A stretch of 64,000 nt of DNA from Eledone cirrhosa. Lineage: Eukaryota. The DNA is taken from the NCBI GenBank assembly GCA_964016885.1, contig OZ024764.1, forward strand, positions 19,096,001-19,160,000. The letters are read 5' to 3'. The stretch's first letter is position 1. Each line of letters opens with the position of its first letter. Of this stretch, positions 1 to 15,000 are shown piece by piece. The position numbers and the translations under genes were made by a program. Under the pieces are notes generated by a model. The model was given only the letters and a program-made list of their open reading frames with translations, was not told where the DNA came from and made no database searches.

Positions 1-3000
1 CCCAGGCCACACTGTAAAGTGGTCATGTAGGTGTCACAACAAAAAGTACCCAGTCCACACTGTAAAGTGGTCATGTAGGTGTCACAACAAAAAGTACCCA
101 GTCCACACTGTAAAGTGGTCATGTAGGTGTCACAACAAAAAGTACCCAGTCCACACTGTAAAGTGGTCATGTAGGTGTCACAACAAAAAGTACCCAGTCC
201 ACACTGTAAAGTGGTCATGTAGGTGTCACAACAAAAAGTACCCAGTCCACACTGTAAAGTGGTCATGTAGGTGTCACAACAAAAAGTACCCAGTCCACCC
301 TGTAAAGTGGTCATATATGTGTCACAACAAAAAGTACCCAGTCCACCCTGTAAAGTGGTCATGTATGTGTCACAACAAAAAGTACCCAGTCCACACTGTA
401 AAGTGGTCATGTATGTGTCACAACAAAATTACCCAGTCCACACTGTAAAGTGGTCATGTAGGTGTCACAACAAAAAGTACCCAGTCCACACTGTAAAGTG
501 GTCATGTAGGTGTCATAACAAAAAGTACCCAGTCCACACTGTAGAGTGGTCAGGTAGGTATCATGACAAAAAGTACCCAGTCCACACTGTAAAGTGGTCA
601 TGTAGGTGTCACAACAAAAAGTACCCAGTCCACACTGTAAAGTGGTCATGTAGGTGTCATAACAAAAAGTACCCAGTCCACACTATAAAGTGGTCAGGTA
701 GGTGTCACAACAAAAAGTACCCAGTCCACACTGTAAAGTGGTCATGTAGGTGTCACAACAAAAAGTACCCAGTCCACACTGTAAAGTGGTCATGTAGGTG
801 TCATAACAAAAAGTACCCAGTCCACACTGTAAAGTGGTCAGGTAGGTGTCACAACAAAAAGTACCCAGTCCATACTGTAAAGTGGTCATGTAGGTGTCAC
901 AACAAAAAGTACCCAGTCCACACTGTAAAGTGGTCATGTATGTGTCACAACAAAAAGTACCCAGTCCACACTGTAAAGTGGTCATGTAGGTGTCACAACA
1001 AAAAGTACCCAGTCCACACTGTAAAGTGGTCATGTAGGTGTCATAACAAAAAGTACCCAGTCCACACTGTAGAGTGGTAAGGTAGATGTCATGACAAAAA
1101 GTACCCAGTCCACACTGTAAAGTGGTCATGTAGGTGTCACAACAAAAAGTACCCAGTCCACACTGTAAAGTGGTCATGTAGGTGTCATAACAAAAAGTAC
1201 CCAGTCCACACTGTAAAGTGGTCAGGTAGGTGTCACAATAAAAAGTACCCAGTCCACACTGTAAAGTGGTCATGTAGGTGTCACAACAAAAAGTACCCAG
1301 TCCACACTGTAAAGTAGTCATGTAGGTGTCATAACAAAAAGTACCCAGTCCACACTGTAAAGTGGTCAGGTAGGTGTCACAACAAAAAGTACCCAGTCCA
1401 CACTGTAAAGTGGTCATGTAGGTGTCACAACAAAAAGTACCAAGTCCACACTGTAGAGTGGTCAGGTAGGTATCATGACAAAAAGTACCCAGTCCACACT
1501 GTAAAGTGGTCATGTAGGTATCATGACAAAAAGTACCCAGTCCACACTGTAAAGTGGTAATGTAGGTGTCACAAAAAAAAACAACACCCAGTCCACACTG
1601 TAAAGTGGTCATGTAGGTGTCACGACAAAAAGTACCCAGTCCAGCTCTGTAAAGTGGTCATGTAGGTGTCACAACAAAATATACCCAGTCCACACTGTAA
1701 AGTGGTCATGTAGGTGTCACAACAAAAAGTACCCAGTCCACACTGTAAAGTGGTCATGTAGGTGTCACAACAAAAAGTACCCAGTCCACACTGTAAAGTG
1801 GTCATGTAGGTGTCACAACAAAAAGTACCCAGTCCACACTGTAAAGTGGTCATGTAGGTGTCACAACAAAAAGTACCCAGTCCACACTGTAAAGTGGTCA
1901 TGTAGGTGTCACAACAAAAAGTACCCAGTCCACCCTGTAAAGTGGTCATATATGTGTCACAACAAAAATTACCCAGTCCACCCTGTAAAGTGGTCATGTA
2001 TGTGTCACAACAAAAAGTACCCAGTCCACACTGTAAAGTGGTCATGTAGGTGTCACAACAAAAAGTACCCAGTCCACACTGTAAAGTAGTCATGTAGGTG
2101 TCATAACAAAAAGTACCCAGTCCACACTGTAAAGTGGTCAGGTAGGTGTCACAACAAAAAGTACCCAGTCCACACTGTAAAGTGGTCATGTAGGTGTCAC
2201 AACAAAAAGTACCCAGTCCACACTGTAAAGTGGTCATGTAGGTGTCATAACAAAAAGTACCCAGTCCACACTGTAAAGTGGTCAGGTAGGTGTCACAACA
2301 AAAAGTACCCAGTCCACACTGTAAAGTGGTCATGTAGGTGTCACAACAAAAAGTACCCAGTCCACACTGTAAAGTGGTCATGTATGTGTCACAACAAAAG
2401 GTACCCAGTCCACACTGTAAAGTGGTCATGTAGGTGTCACAACAAAAAGTACCCAGTCCACACTGTAAAGTGGTCATGTAGGTGTCATAACAAAAAGTAC
2501 CCAGTCCACACTGTAGAGTGGTCAGGTAGGTATCATGACAAAAAGTACCCAGTCCACACTGTAAAGTGGTAATGTAGGTGTCACAAAAAAAAACAACACC
2601 CAGTCCACACTGTAAAGTGGTCATGTAGGTGTCACGACAAAAAGTACCCAGTCCACCTCTGTAAAGTGGTCATGTAGGTGTCACAACAAAAAGTACCCAG
2701 TCCACACTGTAAAGTGGTCATGTAGGTGTCATAACAAAAAGTACCCAGTCCACACTGTAAAGTGGTCAGGTAGGTGTCACAACAAAAAGTACCCAGTCCA
2801 CACTGTAAAGTGGTCAGGTAGGTGTCACAACAAAAAGTACCAAGTCCACACTGTAGAGAGGTCAGGTAGGTATCATGACAAAAAGTACCCAGTCCACACT
2901 GTAAAGTGGTCATGTAGGTATCATGACAAAAAGTACCCAGTCCACACTGTAAAGTGGTAATGTAGGTGTCACAAAAAAAAACAACACCCAGTCCACACTG

Positions 3001-6000
3001 TAAAGTGGTCATGTAGGTGTCACGACAAAAAGTACCCAGTCCCCCTCTGTAAAGTCGTCATGTAGGTGTCACAACAAAAAGTACCCAGTCCACACTGTAA
3101 AGTGGTCATGTAGGTGTCACAACAAAAAGTACCCAGTCCACACTGTAAAGTGGTCATGTAGGTGTCATAACAAAAAGTACCCAGTCCACACTGTAAAGTG
3201 GTCAGGTAGGTGTCACAACAAAAAGTACCCAGTCCACACTGTAAAGTGGTCATGTAGGTGTCACAACAAAAAGTACCCAGTCCACACTGTAAAGTGGTCA
3301 TGTAGGTGTCATAACAAAAAGTACCCAGTCCACACTGTAAAGTGGTCAGGTAGGTGGCACAACAAAAAGTACCCAGTCCACACTGTAAAGTGGTCATGTA
3401 GGTGTCACAACAAAAAGTACCAAGTCCACACTGTAGAGTGGTCAGGTAGGTATCATGACAAAAAGTACCCAGTCCACACTGTAAAGTGGTCATGTAGGTA
3501 TCATGACAAAAAGTACCCAGTCCACACTGTAAAGTGGTAATGTAGGTGTCACAAAAAAAAACAACACCCAGTCCACACTGTAAAGTGGTCATGTAGGTGT
3601 CACGACAAAAAGTACCCAGTCCACCTCTGTAAAGTGGTCATGTAGGTGTCACAACAAAAAGTACCCAGTCCACACTGTAAAGTGGACATGTAGGTGTCAT
3701 GACAAAAAGTACCCAGTCCACACTGTAAAGTGGTCATGTAGGTGTCACAACAAAAAGTACCCAGTCCACACTGTAAAGTGGTCATGTAGGTGTCACAACA
3801 AAAAGTACCCAGTCCACACTGTAAAGTGGTCATGTAGGTGTCACAACAAAAAGTACCCAGGCCACACTGTAAAGTGGTCATGTAGGTGTCACAACAAAAT
3901 ATACCCAGTCCACACTGTAAAGTGGTCATGTAGGTGTCACAACAAAAAGTACCCAGTCCACACTGTAAAGTGGTCATGTAGGTGTCACAACAAAAAGTAC
4001 CCAGTCCACACTGTAAAGTGGTCATGTAGGTGTCACAACAAAAAGTACCCAGTCCACCCTGTAAAGTGGTCATATATGTGTCACAACAAAAGGTACCCAG
4101 TCCACCCTGTAAAGTGGTCATGTATGTGTCACAACAAAAAGTACCCAGTCCACACTGTAAAGTGGACATGTAGGTGTCACAACAAAAAGTACCAAGTCCA
4201 CACTGTAGAGTGGTCAGGTAGGTATCATGACAAAAAGTACCCAGTCCACACTGTAAAGTGGTCATGTAGGTATCATGACAAAAAGTACCCAGTCCACACT
4301 GTAAAGTGGTAATGTAGGTGTCACAAAAAAAAACAACACCCAGTCCACACTGTAAAGTGGTCATGTAGGTGTCACGACAAAAAGTACCCAGTCCAGCTCT
4401 GTAAAGTGGTCATGTAGGTGTCACAACAAAATATACCCAGTCCACACTGTAAAGTGGTCATGTAGGTGTCACAACAAAAAGTACCCAGTCCACACTGTAA
4501 AGTGGTCATGTAGGTGTCACAACAAAAAGTACCCAGTCCACACTGTAAAGTGGTCATGTAGGTGTCACAACAAAAAGTACCCAGTCCACACTGTAAAGTG
4601 GTCATGTAGGTGTCACAACAAAAAGTACCCAGTCCACACTGTAAAGTGGTCATGTAGGTGTCACAACAAAAAGTACCCAGTCCACCCTGTAAAGTGGTCA
4701 TATATGTGTCACAACAAAAATTACCCAGTCCACCCTGTAAAGTGGTCATGTATGTGTCACAACAAAAAGTACCCAGTCCACACTGTAAAGTGGTCATGTA
4801 GGTGTCACAACAAAAAGTACCCAGTCCACACTGTAAAGTAGTCATGTAGGTGTCATAACAAAAAGTACCCAGTCCACACTGTAAAGTGGTCAGGTAGGTG
4901 TCACAACAAAAAGTACCCAGTCCACACTGTAAAGTGGTCATGTAGGTGTCACAACAAAAAGTACCCAGTCCACACTGTAAAGTGGTCATGTAGGTGTCAT
5001 AACAAAAAGTACCCAGTCCACACTGTAAAGTGGTCAGGTAGGTGTCACAACAAAAAGTACCCAGTCCACACTGTAAAGTGGTCATGTAGGTGTCACAACA
5101 AAAAGTACCCAGTCCACACTGTAAAGTGGTCATGTATGTGTCACAACAAAAGGTACCCAGTCCACACTGTAAAGTGGTCATGTAGGTGTCACAACAAAAA
5201 GTACCCAGTCCACACTGTAAAGTGGTCATGTAGGTGTCATAACAAAAAGTACCCAGTCCACACTGTAGAGTGGTCAGGTAGGTATCATGACAAAAAGTAC
5301 CCAGTCCACACTGTAAAGTGGTAATGTAGGTGTCACAAAAAAAAACAACACCCAGTCCACACTGTAAAGTGGTCATGTAGGTGTCACGACAAAAAGTACC
5401 CAGTCCACCTCTGTAAAGTGGTCATGTAGGTGTCACAACAAAAAGTACCCAGTCCACACTGTAAAGTGGTCATGTAGGTGTCATAACAAAAAGTACCCAG
5501 TCCACACTGTAAAGTGGTCAGGTAGGTGTCACAACAAAAAGTACCCAGTCCACACTGTAAAGTGGTCAGGTAGGTGTCACAACAAAAAGTACCAAGTCCA
5601 CACTGTAGAGAGGTCAGGTAGGTATCATGACAAAAAGTACCCAGTCCACACTGTAAAGTGGTCATGTAGGTATCATGACAAAAAGTACCCAGTCCACACT
5701 GTAAAGTGGTAATGTAGGTGTCACAAAAAAAAACAACACCCAGTCCACACTGTAAAGTGGTCATGTAGGTGTCACGACAAAAAGTACCCAGTCCCCCTCT
5801 GTAAAGTCGTCATGTAGGTGTCACAACAAAAAGTACCCAGTCCACACTGTAAAGTGGTCATGTAGGTGTCACAACAAAAAGTACCCAGTCCACACTGTAA
5901 AGTGGTCATGTAGGTGTCATAACAAAAAGTACCCAGTCCACACTGTAAAGTGGTCAGGTAGGTGGCACAACAAAAAGTACCCAGTCCACACTGTAAAGTG

Positions 6001-9000
6001 GTCATGTAGGTGTCACAACAAAAAGTACCAAGTCCACACTGTAGAGTGGTCAGGTAGGTATCATGACAAAAAGTACCCAGTCCACACTGTAAAGTGGTCA
6101 TGTAGGTATCATGACAAAAAGTACCCAGTCCACACTGTAAAGTGGTAATGTAGGTGTCACAAAAAAAAACAACACCCAGTCCACACTGTAAAGTGGTCAT
6201 GTAGGTGTCACGACAAAAAGTACCCAGTCCACCTCTGTAAAGTGGTCATGTAGGTGTCACAACAAAAAGTACCCAGTCCACACTGTAAAGTGGACATGTA
6301 GGTGTCATGACAAAAAGTACCCAGTCCACACTGTAAAGTGGTCATGTAGGTGTCACAACAAAAAGTACCCAGTCCACACTGTAAAGTGGTCATGTAGGTG
6401 TCACAACAAAAAGTACCCAGTCCACACTGTAAAGTGGTCATGTAGGTGTCACAACAAAAAGTACCCAGGCCACACTGTAAAGTGGTCATGTAGGTGTCAC
6501 AACAAAATATACCCAGTCCACACTGTAAAGTGGTCATGTAGGTGTCACAACAAAAAGTACCCAGTCCACACTGTAAAGTGGTCATGTAGGTGTCACAACA
6601 AAAAGTACCCAGTCCACACTGTAAAGTGGTCATGTAGGTGTCACAACAAAAAGTACCCAGTCCACCCTGTAAAGTGGTCATATATGTGTCACAACAAAAG
6701 GTACCCAGTCCACCCTGTAAAGTGGTCATGTATGTGTCACAACAAAAAGTACCCAGTCCACACTGTAAAGTGGACATGTAGGTATCATGACAAAAAGTAC
6801 CCAGTCCACACTGTAAAGTGGACATGTAGGTATCATGACAAAAAGTACCCAGTCCACACTGTAAAGTGGTAATGTAGGTGTCACAAAAAAAAACAACACC
6901 CAGTCCACACTGTAAAGTGGTCATGTAGGTGTCACGACAAAAAGTACCGAGTCCACCTCTGTAAAGTGGTCATGTAGGTGTCACAACAAAAAGTACCCAG
7001 TCCACACTGTAAAGTGGTCATGTAGGTGTCATAACAAAAAGTACCCAGTCCACACTGTAGAGTGGTCAGGTAGGTATCATGACAAAAAGTACCCAGTCCA
7101 CACTGTAAAGTGGTCATGTAGGTGTCACAACAAAAAGTACCCAGTCCACACTGTAAAGTAGTCATGTAGGTGTCATAACAAAAAGTACCCAGTCCACACT
7201 GTAAAGTGGTCAGGTAGGTATCATGACAAAAAGTACCCAGTCCACACTGTAAAGTGGTCATGTAGGTGTCACAACAAAAAGTACCCAGTCCACACTGTAA
7301 AGTAGTCATGTAGGTGTCATAACAAAAAGTACCCAGTCCACACTGTAAAGTGGTCAGGTAGGTATCATGACAAAAAGTACCCAGTCCACACTGTACAGTG
7401 GTCATGTAGGTGTCACAACAAAAAGTACCCAGTCCACACTGTAAAGTGGTCATGTAGGTGTCATAACAAAAAGTACCCAGTCCACACTGTAAAGTGGTCA
7501 GGTAGGTGTCACAACAAAAAGTACCCAGTCCACACTGTAAAGTGGTCATGTAGGTGTCACAACAAAAAGTACCCAGTCCACACTGTAAAGTGGTCATGTA
7601 TGTGTCACAACAAAAGGTACCCAGTCCACACTGTAAAGTGGTCATGTAGGTGTCACAACAAAAAGTACCCAGTCCACACTGTAAAGTGGTCATGTAGGTG
7701 TCATAACAAAAAGTACCCAGTCCACACTGTAGAGTGGTCAGGTAGGTATCATGACAAAAAGTACCCAGTCCACACTGTAAAGTGGTAATGTAGGTGTCAC
7801 AAAAAAAAACAACACCCAGTCCACACTGTAAAGTGGTCATGTAGGTGTCACAACAAAAAGTACCCAGTCCACCTCTGTAAAGTGGTCATGTAGGTGTCAC
7901 AACAAAAAGTACCCAGTCCACACTGTAAAGTGGTCATGTAGGTGTCACAACAAAAAGTACCCAGTCCACCTCTGTAAAGTGGTCATGTAGGTGTCACAAC
8001 AAAAAGTACCCAGTCCACACTGTAAAGTGGTCATGTAGGTGTCACAACAAAAAGTACCAAGTCCACACTGTAGAGAGGTCAGGTAGGTATCATGACAAAA
8101 AGTACCCAGTCCACACTGTAAAGTGGTCATGTAGGTATCATGACAAAAAGTACCCAGTCCACACTGTAAAGTGGTAATGTAGGTGTCACAAAAAAAAACA
8201 ACACCCAGTCCACACTGTAAAGTGGTCATGTAGGTGTCACGACAAAAAGTACCCAGTCCCCCTCTGTAAAGTGGTCATGTAGGTGTCACAACAAAAAGTA
8301 CCCAGTCCACACTGTAAAGTGGTCATGTAGGTGTCACAACAAAAAGTACCCAGTCCACACTGTAAAGTGGTCATGTAGGTGTCATAACAAAAAGTACCCA
8401 GTCCACACTGTAAAGTGGTCAGGTAGGTGTCACAACAAAAAGTACCCAGTCCACACTGTAAAGTGGTCATGTAGGTGTCATAACAAAAAGTACCCAGTCC
8501 ACACTGTAAAGTGGTCAGGTAGGTGGCACAACAAAAAGTACCCAGTCCACACTGTAAAGTGGTCATGTAGGTGTCACAACAAAAAGTACCAAGTCCACAC
8601 TGTAGAGTGGTCAGGTAGGTATCATGACAAAAAGTACCCAGTCCACACTGTAAAGTGGTCATGTAGGTATCATGACAAAAAGTACCCAGTCCACACTGTA
8701 AAGTGGTAATGTAGGTGTCACAAAAAAAAACAACACCCAGTCCACACTGTAAAGTGGTCATGTAGGTGTCACGACAAAACGTACCCAGTCCACCTCTGTA
8801 AAGTGGTCATGTAGGTGTCACAACAAAAAGTACCCAGTCCACATTGTAAAGTGGACATGTAGGTGTCATGACAAAAAGTACCCAGTCCACACTGTAAAGT
8901 GGTCATGTAGGTGTCACAACAAAAAGTACCCAGTCCACACTGTAAAGTGGTCATGTAGGTGTCACAACAAAAAGTACCCAGTCCACACTGTAAAGTGGTC

Positions 9001-12000
9001 ATGTAGGTGTCACAACAAAAAGTACCCAGGCCACACTGTAAAGTGGTCATGTAGGTGTCACAACAAAATATACCCAGTCCACACTGTAAAGTGGTCATGT
9101 AGGTGTCACAACAAAAAGTACCCAGTCCACACTGTAAAGTGGTCATGTAGGTGTCACAACAAAAAGTACCCAGTCCACACTGTAAAGTGGTCATGTAGGT
9201 GTCACAACAAAAAGTACCCAGTCCACCCTGTAAAGTGGTCATATATGTGTCACAACAAAAGGTACCCAGTCCACCCTGTAAAGTGGTCATGTATGTGTCA
9301 CAACAAAAAGTACCCAGTCCACACTGTAAAGTGGACATGTAGGTGTCATGACAAAAAGTACCCAGTCCACACTGTAAAGTGGTCATGTAGGTGTCACAAC
9401 AAAAAGTACCCAGTCCACACTGTAAAGTGGTCATGTAGGTGTCACAACAAAAAGTACCCAGTCCACACTGTAAAGTGGTCATGTAGGTGTCACAACAAAA
9501 AGTACCCAGGCCACACTGTAAAGTGGTCATGTAGGTGTCACAACAAAAAGTACCCAGTCCACACTGTAAAGTGGTCATGTAGGTGTCACAACAAAAAGTA
9601 CCCAGTCCACACTGTAAAGTGGTCATGTAGGTGTCACAACAAAAAGTACCCAGTCCACACTGTAAAGTGGTCATGTAGGTGTCACAACAAAAAGTACCCA
9701 GTCCACACTGTAAAGTGGTCATGTAGGTGTCACAACAAAAAGTACCCAGTCCACACTGTAAAGTGGTCATGTAGGTGTCACAACAAAAAGTACCCAGTCC
9801 ACCCTGTAAAGTGGTCATATATGTGTCACAACAAAAAGTACCCAGTCCACCCTGTAAAGTGGTCATGTATGTGTCACAACAAAAAGTACCCAGTCCACAC
9901 TGTAAAGTGGTCATGTATGTGTCACAACAAAATTACCCAGTCCACACTGTAAAGTGGTCATGTAGGTGTCACAACAAAAAGTACCCAGTCCACACTGTAA
10001 AGTGGTCATGTAGGTGTCATAACAAAAAGTACCCAGTCCACACTGTAGAGTGGTCAGGTAGGTATCATGACAAAAAGTACCCAGTCCACACTGTAAAGTG
10101 GTCATGTAGGTGTCACAACAAAAAGTACCCAGTCCACACTGTAAAGTGGTCATGTAGGTGTCATAACAAAAAGTACCCAGTCCACACTATAAAGTGGTCA
10201 GGTAGGTGTCACAACAAAAAGTACCCAGTCCACACTGTAAAGTGGTCATGTAGGTGTCACAACAAAAAGTACCCAGTCCACACTGTAAAGTGGTCATGTA
10301 GGTGTCATAACAAAAAGTACCCAGTCCACACTGTAAAGTGGTCAGGTAGGTGTCACAACAAAAAGTACCCAGTCCATACTGTAAAGTGGTCATGTAGGTG
10401 TCACAACAAAAAGTACCCAGTCCACACTGTAAAGTGGTCATGTATGTGTCACAACAAAAAGTACCCAGTCCACACTGTAAAGTGGTCATGTAGGTGTCAC
10501 AACAAAAAGTACCCAGTCCACACTGTAAAGTGGTCATGTAGGTGTCATAACAAAAAGTACCCAGTCCACACTGTAGAGTGGTAAGGTAGATGTCATGACA
10601 AAAAGTACCCAGTCCACACTGTAAAGTGGTCATGTAGGTGTCACAACAAAAAGTACCCAGTCCACACTGTAAAGTGGTCATGTAGGTGTCATAACAAAAA
10701 GTACCCAGTCCACACTGTAAAGTGGTCAGGTAGGTGTCACAATAAAAAGTACCCAGTCCACACTGTAAAGTGGTCATGTAGGTGTCACAACAAAAAGTAC
10801 CCAGTCCACACTGTAAAGTAGTCATGTAGGTGTCATAACAAAAAGTACCCAGTCCACACTGTAAAGTGGTCAGGTAGGTGTCACAACAAAAAGTACCCAG
10901 TCCACACTGTAAAGTGGTCATGTAGGTGTCACAACAAAAAGTACCAAGTCCACACTGTAGAGTGGTCAGGTAGGTATCATGACAAAAAGTACCCAGTCCA
11001 CACTGTAAAGTGGTCATGTAGGTATCATGACAAAAAGTACCCAGTCCACACTGTAAAGTGGTAATGTAGGTGTCACAAAAAAAAACAACACCCAGTCCAC
11101 ACTGTAAAGTGGTCATGTAGGTGTCACGACAAAAAGTACCCAGTCCACCTCTGTAAAGTGGTCATGTAGGTGTCACAACAAAATATACCCAGTCCACACT
11201 GTAAAGTGGTCATGTAGGTGTCACAACAAAAAGTACCCAGTCCACACTGTAAAGTGGTCATGTAGGTGTCACAACAAAAAGTACCCAGTCCACACTGTAA
11301 AGTGGTCATGTAGGTGTCACAACAAAAAGTACCCAGTCCACACTGTAAAGTGGTCATGTAGGTGTCACAACAAAAAGTACCCAGTCCACACTGTAAAGTG
11401 GTCATGTAGGTGTCACAACAAAAAGTACCCAGTCCACCCTGTAAAGTGGTCATATATGTGTCACAACAAAAATTACCCAGTCCACCCTGTAAAGTGGTCA
11501 TGTATGTGTCACAACAAAAAGTACCCAGTCCACACTGTAAAGTGGTCATGTAGGTGTCACAACAAAAAGTACCCAGTCCACACTGTAAAGTAGTCATGTA
11601 GGTGTCATAACAAAAAGTACCCAGTCCACACTGTAAAGTGGTCAGGTAGGTGTCACAACAAAAAGTACCCAGTCCACACTGTAAAGTGGTCATGTAGGTG
11701 TCACAACAAAAAGTACCCAGTCCACACTGTAAAGTGGTCATGTAGGTGTCATAACAAAAAGTACCCAGTCCACACTGTAAAGTGGTCATGTAGGTGTCAC
11801 AACAAAAAGTACCCAGTCCACACTGTAAAGTGGTCATGTAGGTGTCATAACAAAAAGTACCCAGTCCACACTGTAAAGTGGTCAGGTAGGTGTCACAACA
11901 AAAAGTACCCAGTCCACACTGTAAAGTGGTCATGTAGGTGTCACAACAAAAAGTACCCAGTCCACACTGTAAAGTGGTCATGTAGGTGTCATAACAAAAA

Positions 12001-15000
12001 GTACCCAGTCCACACTGTAAAGTGGTCATGTAGGTGTCACAACAAAAAGTACCCAGTCCACACTGTAAAGTGGTCATGTAGGTGTCACAACAAAAAGTAC
12101 CCAGTCCACACTGTAAAGTGGTCAGGTAGGTGTCACAACAAAAAGTACCCAGTCCACACTGTAAAGTGGTCATGTAGGTGTCACAACAAAAAGTAGCCAG
12201 TCCACACTGTAAAGTGGTCATGTATGTGTCACAACAAAAGGTACCCAGTCCACACTGTAAAGTGGTCATGTAGGTGTCACAACAAAAAGTACCCAGTCCA
12301 CACTGTAAAGTGGTCATGTAGGTGTCATAACAAAAAGTACCCAGTCCACACTGTAGAGTGGTCAGGTAGGTATCATGACAAAAAGTACCCAGTCCACACT
12401 GTAAAGTGGTAATGTAGGTGTCACAAAAAAAAACAACACCCAGTCCACACTGTAAAGTGGTCATGTAGGTGTCACGACAAAAAGTACCCAGTCCACCTCT
12501 GTAAAGTGGTCATGTAGGTGTCACAACAAAAAGTACCCAGTCCACACTGTAAAGTGGTCATGTAGGTGTCATAACAAAAAGTACCCAGTCCACACTGTAA
12601 AGTGGTCAGGTAGGTGTCACAACAAAAAGTACCCAGTCCACACTGTAAAGTGGTCATGTAGGTGTCACACAAAAAGTACCCAGTCCACACTGTAAAGTGG
12701 TCATGTAGGTGTCATAACAAAAAGTACCCAGTCCACACTGTAAAGTGGTCAGGTAGGTGGCACAACAAAAAGTACCCAGTCCACACTGTAAAGTGGTCAT
12801 GTAGGTGTCACAACAAAAAGTACCAAGTCCACACTGTAGAGAGGTCAGGTAGGTATCATGACAAAAAGTACCCAGTCCACACTGTAAAGTGGTCATGTAG
12901 GTATCATGACAAAAAGTACCCAGTCCACACTGTAAAGTGGTAATGTAGGTGTCACAAAAAAAAACAACACCCAGTCCACACTGTAAAGTGGTCATGTAGG
13001 TGTCACGACAAAAAGTACCCAGTCCCCCTCTGTAAAGTGGTCATGTAGGTGTCACAACAAAAAGTACCCAGTCCACACTGTAAAGTGGTCATGTAGGTGT
13101 CACAACAAAAAGTACCCAGTCCACACTGTAAAGTGGTCATGTAGGTGTCATAACGAAAAGTACCCAGTCCACACTGTAAAGTGGTCAGGTAGGTGTCACA
13201 ACAAAAAGTACCCAGTCCACACTGTAAAGTGGTCATGTAGGTGTCACAACAAAAAGTACCCAGTCCACACTGTAAAGTGGTCATGTAGGTGTCATAACAA
13301 AAAGTACCCAGTCCACACTGTAAAGTGGTCAGGTAGGTGGCACAACAAAAAGTACCCAGTCCACACTGTAAAGTGGTCATGTAGGTGTCACAACAAAAAG
13401 TACCAAGTCCACACTGTAGAGTGGTCAGGTAGGTATCATGACAAAAAGTACCCAGTCCACACTGTAAAGTGGTCATGTAGGTATCATGACAAAAAGTACC
13501 CAGTCCACACTGTAAAGTGGTAATGTAGGTGTCACAAAAAAAAACAACACCCAGTCCACACTGTAAAGTGGTCATGTAGGTGTCACGACAAAAAGTACCC
13601 AGTCCACCTCTGTAAAGTGGTCATGTAGGTGTCACAACAAAAAGTACCCAGTCCACACTGTAAAGTGGACATGTAGGTGTCATGACAAAAAGTACCCAGT
13701 CCACACTGTAAAGTGGTCATGTAGGTGTCACAACAAAAAGTACCCAGTCCACACTGTAAAGTGGTCATGTAGGTGTCACAACAAAAAGTACCCAGTCCAC
13801 ACTGTAAAGTGGTCATGTAGGTGTCACAACAAAAAGTACCCAGGCCACACTGTAAAGTGGTCATGTAGGTGTCACAACAAAATATACCCAGTCCACACTG
13901 TAAAGTGGTCATGTAGGTGTCACAACAAAAAGTACCCAGTCCACACTGTAAAGTGGTCATGTAGGTGTCACAACAAAAAGTACCCAGTCCACACTGTAAC
14001 GTGGTCATGTAGGTGTCACAACAAAAAGTACCCAGTCCACCCTGTAAAGTGGTCATATATGTGTCACAACAAAAGGTACCCAGTCCACCCTGTAAAGTGG
14101 TCATGTATGTGTCACAACAAAAAGTACCCAGTCCACACTGTAAAGTGGACATGTAGGTGTCATGACAAAAAGTACCCAGTCCACACTGTAAAGTGGTCAT
14201 GTAGGTGTCACAACAAAAAGTACCCAGTCCACACTGTAAAGTGGTCATGTAGGTGTCACAACAAAAAGTACCCAGTCCACACTGTAAAGTGGTCATGTAG
14301 GTGTCACAACAAAAAGTACCCAGGCCACACTGTAAAGTGGTCATGTAGGTGTCACAACAAAAAGTACCCAGTCCACACTGTAAAGTGGTCATGTAGGTGT
14401 CACAACAAAAAGTACCCAGTCCACACTGTAAAGTGGTCATGTAGGTGTCACAACAAAAAGTACCCAGTCCACACTGTAAAGTGGTCATGTAGGTGTCACA
14501 ACAAAAAGTACCCAGTCCACACTGTAAAGTGGTCATGTAGGTGTCACAACAAAAAGTACCCAGTCCACACTGTAAAGTGGTCATGTAGGTGTCACAACAA
14601 AAAGTACCCAGTCCACCCTGTAAAGTGGTCATATATGTGTCACAACAAAAAGTACCCAGTCCACCCTGTAAAGTGGTCATGTATGTGTCACAACAAAAAG
14701 TACCCAGTCCACACTGTAAAGTGGTCATGTATGTGTCACAACAAAATTACCCAGTCCACACTGTAAAGTGGTCATGTAGGTGTCACAACAAAAAGTACCC
14801 AGTCCACACTGTAAAGTGGTCATGTAGGTGTCATAACAAAAAGTACCCAGTCCACACTGTAGAGTGGTCAGGTAGGTATCATGACAAAAAGTACCCAGTC
14901 CACACTGTAAAGTGGTCATGTAGGTGTCACAACAAAAAGTACCCAGTCCACACTGTAAAGTGGTCATGTAGGTGTCATAACAAAAAGTACCCAGTCCACA